Assembly: GCF_018350175.1 (NCBI RefSeq)
Contig: NC_058368.1
Location: 22,632,001-22,696,000, forward strand
Origin: Felis catus
Taxonomy: Eukaryota
Direction: 5' to 3'
Length of the DNA stretch: 64,000 nucleotides
The translations under genes were made by a program, and so were the position numbers. Positions 1 to 11,220 of this stretch are shown piece by piece (position 1 is the stretch's first letter; each line of letters begins with the position of its first letter). The notes under the pieces were generated by a model that did not search any database, was not told where the DNA came from, and saw only the letters and a list, made by a program, of their open reading frames with translations.

Positions 1-99
1 TAGAACCAACAAAGTATCTCCTCCTGAGTATATAACAAGCTGCCTTGAGCATTTGGGAATTACTTCCAATCTTTGATCCTATCCTATTGCCATCTAACG

Positions 100-640
100 T
101 GATGACTATAGGAAAGCTGCATTTCCAAAGTATTCTCCAAAGCAGTCTCTGATCAGAAACCTAGATATTTGGTCTTCTGGAAAAGACCTCAGAGAAAAAC
201 TTTTCTTGATCCCAGATGGAAAATACCCTATTGTTATCTTTAACAACTGACATTGTATTAACAGTCCAATATTTTAATTTTTGGACTCATGTCTCCCAAG
301 TAAAAAGACATTCAGAACTCCCCCCCCCCCCCCAACTACTGGAAGTCCATTCCTTTGAAAGACCTCAAACCCGGGGTGCCTGGGTGGCTCAGTTGGTTAA
401 GCGTCCGACTTCAGCTCAGGTCATGATCTCACAGTCCGTGAGTTCGAGCCCCGCGTCGGGCTCTGTGCTGACAGCTCAGAGCCTGGAGCCTGTTTCAGAT
501 TCTATGTCTCCCTCTCTCTCTGCCCCTCCCCTGTTCATGCTCTGTCTCTCTCTGTCTCAAAAATAAATAAACGTTAAAAAAAAATTTTTTTTTAAAAAAA
601 GAAAGACCTCAAACTGAAGATTTTTAGAAATTCTCCAGAA
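100..640 (+). mobile_element. ERV1-class pol relic: integrase C-terminal (GPY/F) region, interrupted by a SINE
   Basis: From 151 it translates DQKPRYLVFWKRPQRKTFLDPRWKIPY, then after a frameshift LTTDIVLTVQYFNFWTHVSQVKR. Across the SINE it reads WKSIPLKDLKLKIFR. This matches the gamma-like IN C-terminus pattern (PGD.V.W..LEPRWKGPY.VLLTT..WIH.S.LK..DLKL). Confidence 0.8.
373..600 (+). mobile_element. Can-SINE (SINEC_Fc type)
   Basis: tRNA-like head GGGGTGCCTGGGTGGCTCAG, CT-rich linker and A-tail; 14-bp TSD GAAAGACCTCAAAC at 357-370 and 601-614. Confidence 0.97.
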
Positions 641-799
641 GTTGTTGATTTACAGAAGTGGGAAACTTCTGCCCAAAGCAGTGAAACAAATACTGACTGC
701 AGAAGCAGATGGCTTTCACACAAGACAGAACAAAATTTTCTAATTCTTTAGCACCCTCTTCTTTCCCTTTACTAGTCATCTTGTTCATCATTGTACTTT

Positions 800-1962
800 T
801 ACCATATTAACTAATGTAATCTCCCTTATCTTCATCCTTTGACCTATTATAGTCTTTGCCACTTAAGAGAAAACAAAATTCTCTGGGTTGTTTTTTCTTA
901 GGCCATAGCCACTGTTCTGAATTTAACTGATTACTGACAAAATTTAACAACTAAAAACTAGCAAACGGGTGGCTGGGTGGTTCAGTCCATTAGGCTTCTG
1001 ACTCTTGGTCTTGGCTCAGGTCATGATCTCACAGTTTATGAGATGGAGTCCCACATCAGTGTCTGTGTTGACAATGGAGAGCCTGCTTAGGATTCTCTCT
1101 CTCTCTCTCTCTCTCTCCCCCTCTCTGTCTCTCTCTCTCTCTCTCCCCCTCTCTGTCTCTCCTTGGCTAATGCGAGCTCTTGTGATGTGCACTTTCTCTT
1201 TCTCAAAATAAATAAATAAGCTTAAAAAATAAAAAAAAACAAGCAAACAAAAAACAAAAAAAAACACTTCAAGAGGTAAATTTTCTTCTATATATCCCTT
1301 CTGATATTTAAATTTCCCTTGCATAATTAACCCCCAATTTCAGGCTTATTAAATTGTACATTGGCCCCATAGCAACAAAATGCTTCTGCTGAATTCCTTA
1401 CAACCCTATCAGCAAAACCTGACACTTTGGGAGTAAGAACAAAGATTTGGTCTAACTTGGATAGAAATTGCTACTTTATTTTCTTTCACAACCTTCCAGC
1501 TTGCTGTGCAGGACCTGTTTGACTCCACTGAAGGAGAATCTGTCCATCTCAAGTGACTTTCCACCACAGATGCTCAAATAAAGAAAAAGGCTCATTCCTG
1601 TTTTGATAAATGATTCTTAAATTCCCAGTACCACCAGGTTACTTCTTATGTGGACATCAGGCTTACACCCACCTGCCACACACTGCCCTATGTATTCAAG
1701 ATCATCGTTAGAGAACATCAGATATTTAAAACTACCACCCCTCCAGGAATCATGTTTCCCTAAAAAGAATACACAGAGACATCTGAAAGAGGCAGGCACA
1801 GGCTTATGAGAGAACTGTCAGGAAAGATTACTAAGTCCCCGGCATGCATACTGTGCAAGCAACAACTACCAGAATTGAAATAATCTAACTGGAAACAATT
1901 ACTCATAACTTATCTCTGACCTTGGCAAAAATCTTAAAGGGTCCAACTTCTTCTCTGGAAGC
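800..1962 (+). mobile_element. ERV1-class env relic (SU and start of TM)
   Basis: 902-937 AIATVLNLTDY* resembles N.T.CW before the CXXC motif. 1631-1696 PPGYFLCGHQAYTHLPHTALCI resembles GxxFLCG..AY.CLP. About 1890-1962 LETITHNLSLTLAKILKGPTSSLEA resembles the TM heptad. Many stops. Confidence 0.7.
967..1264 (+). mobile_element. Older Can-SINE
   Basis: Diverged head GGGTGGCTGGGTGGTTCAG, long (CT)n and A-rich tail. Confidence 0.93.
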
Positions 1963-2473
1963 TGACAAAAACTCTCTCCTTGATCAAACTCTAGCCAGGC
2001 TCCTCTGAGCCCTCTTCCTGACTGGGCTTCTACCTTGGTCTGTAAGGACTTGAATAAAGGACTAACAGGTTTTTTTTAACAGCTCAGGGTCATATCTCTA
2101 GGATGACCATAACCTTCCCTTATTATAGAGCCTGAAAAAACTCAAGGATGTCAAAAGAATTTACTATTTGTTCCAGCCAACCTGAAGATAGGGCTCCTGG
2201 CCTCCAGGCTCTGTGGGAGGGTAGAATCCTAAACTTCATAAGTGTCAGTTAGCAAATTCAGATGCAGTTTCCACTATTTGCAATTTTTTACTTCCCTGAC
2301 TCTGCTGAGCTCCTGTTTACCACCCCCCGCCCCCCATTCCTTCATTCTTCCTTAAAAACATCCACTCATCTCTGTAAAAATCGAAGTTGAGTTCAGTTCA
2401 TGTTGGAGTCTTTTCTCTACTGCAACAGTATAAAATCTGTCCTTTAGTATCTGGCTTTGCTTTATTTTTGACA
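1963..2473 (+). mobile_element. ERV1 solo LTR (MER31/MER67-group-like) inserted in env
   Basis: TG...CA ends (TGACAAAAACTCTCTCCTTGATCAAACTCTAGCCAGGCTCCTCTGAGCCC ... TTTGACA); near-TSD AAGC/AATC; env motifs on both sides. Confidence 0.75.
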
Positions 2474-2620
2474 AATCCTAGGTTTAAATGTAAATTCATG
2501 AGGCAGAGTTGTCACAGATAATAACATAGTCCTTAATTTCTTCTTAACTAGCCAAAGAGAAATTTATGCTAGAATAAACAAACACTTATTACTGCACCTG
2601 TAAATATTACATAACAACCT
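2474..2620 (+). mobile_element. ERV1 env TM relic including the immunosuppressive domain
   Basis: From 2490 VNS*GRVVTDNNIVLNFFLTSQREIYARINK..YCT resembles LNSLARVV.DNR.ALDFLLA.QGG.CA....CCT. Confidence 0.75.
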
Positions 2621-2759
2621 ATGACTGGAGGTGTGTGTGGAGAGAAGCTTCCTGGAAGTCTAGAAAAGAACAGCTGGATTTGGGTAGGGGGGACATGTTT
2701 TCATTGTCTGAGTATGATGGTATGGGTTTCTGTTTTTCAGAGTCTGTTATAAGAACTAA

Positions 2760-2970
2760 TAACCATTTTTGTTCCTACAAAGTCTGCTTCCTTCAATCTT
2801 ACTCCCAAATTATCTGATGCAAGCATAAGTCCTATTATAATTCCTAACATCTTCTTTCTGAGATTCCCTAGTTTCCCTTTATGTGCATTCTCCTTTAACA
2901 CAAGTCAATAAACCCAACTTTGTTCAACTGTAGGTGTGTTCCCAATTGCCTTTGACTAGAAGACACTGAC
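2760..2970 (+). mobile_element. ERV1 LTR 3' fragment (probable 3' LTR remnant of the relic provirus)
   Basis: AGTCAATAAACCCAACTTTGTTCAACTGTAGGTGTGTTCC...ACTGAC resembles the R/U5 end of MER67-like LTRs. Confidence 0.6.
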
Positions 2971-3320
2971 TCTGAGAATCCACATAATGATCTAAAGGTA
3001 TGGCAAAATATTAGTTAAATTAACATATCCAAAGAGATGGTTTGTAAATATATTTCTGAAGCAGCAAGGATGTTTTTCAATTCTCCTTCAGACACTTACA
3101 TGAAAGTGTAACTCAGAAATCACATAAATGATTTCAAAAAACGAAAACCTTTTTTCTTTAATTCAGCACTTCCCAAAGTATCTTCCACAGAATATGAATT
3201 CCATGAGATGTTCTGTAAAAGACAAGGCTTCCATGTTTAAATCAGTTAGAGAAACACTGCAAGCTCTAGTATTCCTCTTTTGGAGATTCATAATGGAATT
3301 AAAGGCTCTATGGGGCTCTG

Positions 3321-3500
3321 AAGAAAGAAAAGAAAAGAAAAGAAAAGAAAAGAAAAGAAAAGAAAAGAAAAGAAAAGAAAAGAAAAGAAAAGAAAAGAAA
3401 AGAAAAGAAAGAAGAGGAAAGAAAGAAAAGGAAAGAAAGGAAGGAAGGAAGGAAGGAAGGAAGGAAGGAAGGAAGAAGGAGGGAGGGAGGAAGGGAGGAA
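3321..3500 (+). repeat. Compound (AAAAG)n-(GGAA)n polypurine microsatellite
   Basis: Directly visible, about 180 bp of purines. Confidence 0.98.
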
Positions 3501-3516
3501 TGACCTTTTTACAAGA

Positions 3517-3673
3517 ACAAGTCATTTGGCTTAGGGCCCATCTTAATCCAGTAGGACCTCATCTTAACTAATTACATCTACAAAGATCCTATTTCCAAAT
3601 AAGGTCACATTCACAGGTACCTGGGGTTAGTACTTGGATATATTTTGCGGGGGGCATAATTCAACTCACAACA
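3517..3673 (-). mobile_element. MLT1 (ERVL-MaLR) LTR fragment
   Basis: CCTATTTCCAAATAAGGTCACATTC...AATTCAACTCACAACA is the reverse complement of the MLT1C/D 5' end. Confidence 0.85.
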
Positions 3674-3718
3674 AGGATATATAACATCAATTTCATGGGG
3701 TTGTTGTAAACATTAAAT

Positions 3719-3763
<45 letters not shown>
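3719..3763 (+). repeat. (GA)n microsatellite within a MIR remnant
   Basis: Directly visible; MIR-like flanks. Confidence 0.9.
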
Positions 3764-5452
3764 CTTCATAGAGTAGTTGGCACTGGGTAAGTGCTCCTCA
3801 GCTGCTTTACTGTCATGAATGAATGTAGGAATGACCTAGCTTCAACATCTGTCATCCCACTGACCATGAGGATGAGTTGATGACCTCAGTTCTCAAATTC
3901 ATTTGAAGTGTAAAAAGTAGATTCCTGTTGGTATTTGCAAGAAAGGCATTCTGTACAGAAATACTGATAACCTTTAGATTATTCTGTTTATGATGAAAAT
4001 CTCTTGATTCCACTTCACTCCTTTGCTTTCAGTCTATTCTTACCAGGGAACCTTCTAATAACCCATCTGCTTCATCAGTCCTTTCTGAAACGATGGACTT
4101 TGAATGGTGAACTGGAAGATTACAATAAAGGGAAAGTATAGTCCCCCCATTATACATGTGCAAACCAGAATAACCAGAATTCTGGGTTAAAAATGAATTC
4201 TCTGTGAGTTTGGCTTGTGTGAATTGATTTCTTGACAAGATGAGATTTCTTATACGCAGAGCTGAGGGCCACATCTTATTTTTGAGAGATGGTAGGGGCT
4301 TAGTTATGATTACACGGATAATGGCTCTCTGCTTTTGATCCATCTCAACCGCAAGTCTGAGGTTTCTAGCTCGGGTTATAGGGAGAATGGTGAGGCTATT
4401 AGCTAGGATGAGGAGCACACACTCTAGAATTCAGGAGACAGGTCAAGGATGTACATATGGTTCAGAAAGATCATCCCACAGAGGCTAGAAGTCTGTAAGC
4501 CTGACTTGGGAAAGGGAATACAGTAAAATGAGGAACTGGAGATAGTGTCTTAATTCAATGTTATAGAGAATTAAAGTATCTACTGGTTTGCAAGGCCAGG
4601 ACAGAAGGATCGAACTTTGAATCAGGAAATGCTAGAGGTAGTACAGTCAACACAAATCAAGTCCATGAAGCAAGCATGAAGTTGGATTAGATGTCACAAT
4701 TATGTCAGCTCTGGATGGGTGCAGCACTAGAACCAGGGTCAACAAACAGAGCCTTAGGGGACAAAGATACAAGACATGGTAAATAAGACTGGTATACGAC
4801 CAGCTAGAGGAATTACTATGGAAGGCTTCCATTACAAATGACATTTTTTTTTTTGGAAAGGATGGAATTCTACCCATATGACCATACAGAACCTACTTTA
4901 GTCTTAAACACCCTGACTTTGGAGCCCAAATTCTGAAAGAATCTTCAGGAAATCTCATATCTAACAGACCAGGGAAGGATCTCAAAAAGGAAAAATGGAC
5001 TTGAAAGCAATCAAGTCCTTAAACTTTTTGACCATGAAGACTACCACTTCTCCCATCTCAAGACTAACATGGCTTGTGAATTGCAATGAGAAGGGCAGCC
5101 TGGGAAGGTTAGGAAGCAGCCTGCACTCTTCCCTGACTAGGGTGTGGCAAGCCTTCAGGGACACTGTCAGCTATGGATGCTGAGAAAAGTCCCATCTCAT
5201 AGGTAGAGCATGGAAGCCAGCAGGTACAACCACAGACAAGATGTCTCAATAGATAGTAATAAATGTTCCATCAGGGACTTGAGATGTTTGGGGGGACCAA
5301 AACCAGACTTCTAGCAACAGGGATTCCTTGAGCAACTGGGAAGCAAGGCAGAATTCATGGGGAAGTCCATCTGTAAGCTGCAAGACCCTTTACAGCCAAG
5401 CCACAGTGCAAGGAGAGGGTTTGGGGCCTGAGAGGAGGCCTGACCAGTGCAG

Positions 5453-5625
5453 GCAGGCCCTGAATCCTGGAGGCCCTGAGTCCTTGAGAGCCTTGGGTCC
5501 CAGAAGCCCTGGATTTTGGAGGCTTTGAGTCCTGGAGGCCCTAAGTCTGGAGACCTTGCGTCATTGAGATCTTGGGTCTTAGAGAGCCCAAGGGCTGTAC
5601 AAAGCCTTGGACACAGAGACTCAGG
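5453..5625 (+). repeat. Degenerate ~16-bp minisatellite, consensus about GGAGGCCCTGAGTCCT
   Basis: Units: GCAGGCCCTGAATCCT, GGAGGCCCTGAGTCCT, TGAGAGCCTTGGGTCCC, AGAAGCCCTGGATTTT, GGAGGCTTTGAGTCCT, GGAGGCCCTAAGTCT, GGAGACCTTGCGTCAT, TGAGATCTTGGGTCTT and further decayed copies. Confidence 0.75.
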
Positions 5626-6975
5626 CCAGAGATGCCAAGGCAGGGGTCCATTTTCCCTATTGAGGTAGAGACAAAATTTCAGGACAGGAAAGATGCCCAA
5701 CTTCAGAGTCATGGCACAAAGTCAGGATCAGATCAGCCTAAGGGTAACACCGAGTTCCAGAATTGCTTCCATTCCTCTGCCTGAGATTGAGGTTGTTTCT
5801 GGGTCCTATAGGGGCCTGGAGGGGAGTGGGAGCGGTCGATGGCTGGCAAACAGCCTGTGCTTCAGGGAGACAATACCTACAGAAGCTGGAGCTTTGAGTC
5901 CAAGAGCATCTTAATCCATGGAATGCTAAAGAAAGAGAATACACTAATACCCTTCCTAGAAGCCTCATTTACCTAACAGCCACAGGCTAAATGCGGGACC
6001 AGCTCAGATCCAAAATTCCATTTAGCTCAACACTTTCTCTTGAGAGTCCTTTAAAACATTGATTGTTCTTTTCTGCCCACATAAAATATACCTGACCACA
6101 TCACACTTCAACCTTTCACTAGAATGTAAAAAAAAGGAAAACGAAAAAAAAAAAAATGCCTGCTATCTGTGGCTGTAAAATCAGCCAGACCAATTAAGTA
6201 CGTGACAGGAAGCTGAGAAATACATGAAGAGGTAAATTCAAGGAAAATTAGGAAATAAATTGACAGCCTAATTTCCACCGCCTTGGCAGGAGAAGAGAAA
6301 GAGCATGTGTACAGCTTCCTGTACTGAGAGGGGGCTTGAAACAAGGAAAGAATTAGGGCTTTGTCTCCTGCAGCTTTACTGGTGATCCAACAACAAAGAA
6401 GAAACAGTGAGAAGCAGCAGCAGATGGGGATTCCATATTTTAGTTACGAAGAAAACCAAATGTGCTGCATGACCAGATAAATCTGACCAGGATGAATAGC
6501 TTCCATTGATGCTTAGAATGTTTTCATGGTTGTAGCAAAGCTGCAACTGTCCAAAACGTCACAGAAAATATTTTCATCTATCCTTAGAAAAATACACATT
6601 TTTAAAGAAAAATACATTTGTGACACATTCACAGGTGATCATTAGACCCTGTCACAGAGTGCCCCCCCCCCACCCCAGTCAGCATTACTGTGTGTCACAG
6701 CTGCACTCACCTTCAGTTCTGGACCTGTCTCAGAACCTGAAGCCTGAGGCACTCAGACACACTGACTGTAGGTATACCCGGCAGAGCAGCAAAGGGATGT
6801 GCATTACACAACAGGATGCTGTGAGATTGTGATAAACTTCTAAAGAACAGAGAATCTTCTGGAGAATAAATGCCTGTGCAGTCTGCTTGCATCATCTTTA
6901 CAAGGAACTCATGATGGGATTTTCAGCAGCACCTAATCTGTCAGCGCCATGTCAGGAGAGCTAGACCGGCCTGCC

Positions 6976-7008
6976 GGCAGCCTCCCATATTGCCACTAGG
7001 TGACGTTC
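6976..7008 (+). promoter_or_regulatory. Candidate CTCF site (core plus upstream-motif-like bases)
   Basis: GGCAGCCTCCCATATTGCCACTAGGTGACGTTC: core GCCACTAGGTGACG has one mismatch to GCCACYAGRKGGCR, with GCAG at the U-motif spacing. Confidence 0.45.
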
Positions 7009-7244
7009 TGGGTCCTCTGTTTGGCCACTGTCTCTGGAACTTCTAACTCCCACACTAAGAATGCTTCTGGCAAGTTAACATCAGGCCCTTGGCTGTCTGA
7101 TTTCATCAGGCAACCTCCCTGCCCTCACTTCAAGCTACCCACCTTGGCCAAACCTGCCTAAGGGCTCTGGGAAAGCACACTTCCGCTGTTAGCCACCTCC
7201 ACCTCAAGCCACAGATGTTTGTTCATTCGAAATAAGCAACAGCC

Positions 7245-7460
7245 AACCTGTATTGTGTTTACTCTGTGGTAGGCACTCTGCAAAGCTCCTTATGTATATT
7301 AACGCAATTAGTCCTCAAACAGCCCGAGGTACTCTGCATCAGCTATTGCACAGAGGAGAACAACGAGAGGGCAAAGGCGTAGAATAGCGTGTGTGCCCAA
7401 GGTCACTTGTGATTTAGTGGTGGGATGGGGCTGAAACCCAGTTCCCAGCTCTCTGTTCCA
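7245..7460 (-). mobile_element. MIR
   Basis: TACTCTGTGGTAGGCACT...TGCCCAAGGTCAC...GGGCTGAAACCCAG pattern. Confidence 0.75.
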
Positions 7461-7479
7461 AAGCTGTTCTGTCTCTACT

Positions 7480-8700
7480 TGAGCCACAAATACTGGGTCC
7501 TGTGTATCTGACAAAGAAGAAAATACAGTCTCAGACCTACAGGAACCTCCACGGTGCTGACTAAATCAGATAAGTTAATAGATAAAGCAAGGTGAGAAGG
7601 GCCATCCAAATGAATGCCATAGGAACGGCCTTGGGGAACAAGGGAATTTTTAGGGTACTAAGGGGGAAAGGTTGACTAGGGAAAGGGGACAGGGGTTCCA
7701 GACAGGGGAGCAGGATATATGAAGACTGGTTGCTAATAGCACATGGCATGTTTGGGGAACAGCAAGTGATACAGTATAGGAGAAGCATGAAAGGGAGAAT
7801 GAGGTGAACAGAGGGTGATTTGCGAGTGACCTACATCCACACTAAGGAGTTTGGGTTTTACTCTGAGGGCAATGAGAGCCCTCGAATTATGGAAAGCAGA
7901 TCTGTACTTTAGACAAGTGATTCTGGCAGCAGATGGGAGGGCAGTTTGGAAGGAGGCAAGCTTAAGTTCAGAGAGACTGCAAAGGACACTCCTGTGATTG
8001 TCCAGGGCAGAGGGGGTGGACATAGTTGGATGGGACCAAGAGATATAAAGAAAAATGAGAGATGGCCAGAGTTGCAGATGGACCAGTTATAGAAGGGGGG
8101 ACCAATCAAGGGAAGGGGGGATCTTCTCAGGTATTTGCAGTGAGAATGTTGCCTTACACTAATAAAAAGAATACAAGAGGAAGATGTTGTTTGGGGGAAA
8201 ATGAGTTCAATTTGGGACATTTTGAGTTTGAAGCTTTTGTGACACATGTAAATGGAACTGTCCCCTTGCAGTCTAGAGCAGGGCCATCAGTGCTTAATGC
8301 TAACTGAAGCCAGAAAAGTGGATGACCTCACAGGGGTGTGAGAACAGAAAAGAATGTCAAAGACGGGACCTTGCAGGGACATCCACAATTAAGGGGCAGG
8401 CAGAGAACAGGAGCTGGAAAGATAATTGACAAAGGCTGGCCAAACCGTAAGAGACCAATCAAGAATGCAACATCAAGGAGGCCAAGAGAAAGACTGGTTG
8501 AAAAACCAGGTAGTTAGTGGAGATAAAGTCTCAAGGTTATCAGTGACCAGAGGGGTGGGGTGGAAGTCCAAGGACAGGGAGCTGATAGAGGTGCAGCAGT
8601 CGAGAAAGTTACCGCTAAGATGGGAGAGGACACTCTCAAGCTCTGTAGTTATGAAGGGGTGCATTGCCAGAGGAAGATTTTGAGTCAGGGAGGGAAGATG
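7480..8700 (-). mobile_element. L2 LINE relic
   Basis: Minus-strand translation FKLKMSQIELIF resembles L2 RT-terminal LKLNMSKTELLIF; typical L2 3' sequence. Confidence 0.8.
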
Positions 8701-8869
8701 CATGTCTTCTTTTCTTTGGAGACATCTTGATTGTTACTCTTAGCCAACCTCCCTCCAGTGACTTCAGTCTCTTCCTCTCTTTGTTTCATCCACCTGAACC
8801 TCTAGACTAGAATGTACACTGTGCCTGAAGTGTAGCAGACCTGCTCTGACTCCCCATTCTCCCACATTC

Positions 8870-9010
8870 TAGTTGTAGAACTCTTACCCTTTGAGCTTCA
8901 GCTTCCTCACCTTCAAAATGAGGCTAAGAAAGCCTGTAGGACTTGCCTGTAGTTGCAAGTGAAAGAATGTGTTCACTATGCCTAGCAGGTGGTCAACCAA
9001 ATGCCAGTTC
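8870..9010 (+). mobile_element. MIR fragment
   Basis: GAGCTTCAGCTTCCTCACCTTCAAAATGAGG core-like motif. Confidence 0.6.
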
Positions 9011-9816
9011 TCTCTTCTCCTACTAATTCTGTGACCTATTCAAGTTTTCGTTTTGCTTGTCCTGTTACACCTTAACTCTCTGTACTACTGAGCTCACTGT
9101 TGTCATTTCTTTTTCATCTTCCTCTTTTTAATTTACAACAAGAGCTGCCCTGCCCCATCCCCACCACCTCCTGAGAGCCCCCTCTGAATCATACATGACT
9201 AAGATAAGGTCATCTGCGCCTTCTCACCAGCGCGTACTACTGCTGCCTCTCAGACTTCCTTCTCAGTCACTGTAGAATTTGTTCCTCGTGTCTTGTCTAT
9301 GAAACATCCACTTCTCTAACTTCTGTGGTCCTGGGTACTTGTGGTTTTCCATTTCCTGATTGTTCAGTAATCCACTGTTAGTTCTTCTTTACCAGTTGTG
9401 GACAACCACTGGAGCCCCACCAGCCATCCTCAGCTCACCTCTCTCTAATCCCCCAAGAACTCACCCACGATGAAGACTTTACTCCATCTCTCTGCCTCTG
9501 ACTCCCAGATGTCTTTTTCATATGAAAATATCATATTTCTAACTTATAATTTGCAAAAAAAATTTCCTCAGTTATGTCATTTGCTTCACTTGGCCTATCT
9601 TGTGCGATAGGCTGAGTTAGTATTATCTCAATTTTATAACTAAAGGAAAAAACCTCTGAGAACTAGAAAATTTTTAAGTGTTTTTTCCTGACTTCTAATC
9701 TAAGCCATATTCCTACATTTCCAGTTGTCTACAGGATAGACTTATTTGGAGACTCTGTCTCTGCTCACATCTTCCTTGGGTTTCTCCTCCCTCTCAAACC
9801 AATCCCACTCAGCTGG

Positions 9817-10176
9817 TGTTATTGGGCTGAATGTTTGTGTGCCCCCAAAATTTTTATGTTGAAGCCCCAGCCTCAAATGTGACTGTATTGGAGACAGGGC
9901 TTTTATGGAGTTAATTGATGTTAAATAAGGTCACAGGGTAGGGTTCTGATCCAATAGGACTAGTGTCCTTAGGAGAAGAAACACTCTCTGCCATGGGAGG
10001 ACATAGTCAGATGGCGGCCACCTACAAGCCAAGAGGAAAGGCCTCAGAATAAAACCTACCTTGTCAGCACCTTGATTTGGACTTCCAGCCCCTAGAACTG
10101 TGTGAAATAAGTTCTTGTTATTTAAACCTCCTGGTCTGTGGTTATTTTGTTATGGCAGCTTGAGCAAACCAATACA
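9817..10176 (+). mobile_element. Full-length MLT1A/B solo LTR
   Basis: TGTTATTGGGCTGAATG...CAAACCAATACA; perfect 5-bp TSD GCTGG at 9812-9816 and 10177-10181. Confidence 0.93.
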
Positions 10177-10699
10177 GCTGGTGGCCATTTGGGGGATGTT
10201 TTCTTTAATTTTTCTTTATTGTATATCTTACATCCAATCAGTTGACAGAGTTAGCTCTACTACTTTTGTATGACGTGCCTTGAATTCTCTCCGTGTCTTA
10301 CTCTCCATGTACAAAGTCATCACGGTCCTTGGATTTTGTTCACTGATGCTTAGAAACTGTTAGCATCTCCTGACCTGTATACCATCGTGAGATTAAGCCA
10401 TCACAGAACCGTGGGATTTGATGGTCCAGGTGAATTCACAGCCCCATCAGACCTCTCCCTTTCCTCCTCTCATACATCTACGTCCTCACACTATGTCGCC
10501 GTGGGTTTGTAGTTCTCCACCGCATGCAGCTTCTACTTTAATAGCCACCCTGCGGTTCACTACTCCCCGACAATAATGCCCTTTGTTTCCTCTGTCAACT
10601 TTAGAGTATAATTTGGATTTTAGCTCCCAGGGCTACTGCAGACTGTGGAATAGCAAATAGGACATTCTTTTTATAGTTCATGGAAATGTTCAGAGGAGG

Positions 10700-10865
10700 G
10701 AGTTGGTATAAGATCGTGGAGCCAAATCTGCCACTTACAAGCCTGGGGATCTTGTGCAAGTGATTTATCTTCTCTGGGCCTCGGTTTCCTCATCTGGAAA
10801 TGGCACAGGGAGGGTGGAGTATCTCACACAGTGAGAGCACTCAACGATGTTGACTATTATGATTA
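10700..10865 (+). mobile_element. MIR
   Basis: CTCTGGGCCTCGGTTTCCTCATCTGGAAATGG core. Confidence 0.75.
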
Positions 10866-11024
10866 AACTTCAAATTGGGGGCCCAGAGAAATGATTTAAA
10901 AGGTGAAAAGGCCCTGGGGACATGAGTCACACTGGAAAAGCGAGGCTGAGAGATGATTTAAGGATAAAAAGAAATGTTGCCTCTGCAGGGAGGAAGCAGT
11001 GACTGAGCACTGGTTCTTTCACTC

Positions 11025-11220
11025 ACTGGCTTTGTGAGTTACCCTGGGCAAGTAACTTCATCTCCCTGTGCCTCCATTCCTCCTCAGTAAAATGGGGGCA
11101 GTGATAGCACTAGTCATTCCGCCACGGGGCTGCTGTGAGGATGAAGTGGGGTGATGCACAAATGGCACCCAGGCCAGGGCTGGGACGAGAGAAAGCACGG
11201 TGTGGGAGCTGTTATTACTG
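11025..11220 (+). mobile_element. MIR
   Basis: CCCTGGGCAAGTAACTTCATCTCCCTGTGCCTCCATTCCTCCTCAGTAAAATGGGG core. Confidence 0.8.

Noticed and set aside
216..566. 116-aa ORF, and the many ORFs containing AQVMISQ.VSSSP or ERERER
   Set aside because: This one is a chimeric read-through of the ERV integrase relic into a Can-SINE. The similar ORFs across the window are SINE translations.
3128..3571. 147-aa Lys/Arg/Glu-rich ORF and its antisense Phe/Ser-rich ORF
   Set aside because: Produced by the (AAAAG)n/(GGAA)n microsatellite.
5453..5625. Possible CRISPR-like array
   Set aside because: Units are adjacent, degenerate and spacer-less; eukaryotic context with no cas genes.
7544..7561. REST/RE1-like motif (TCAGCACCGTGGAG on the minus strand)
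   Set aside because: The right half-site lacks the conserved GGACAG, and it lies at the edge of an L2 relic.
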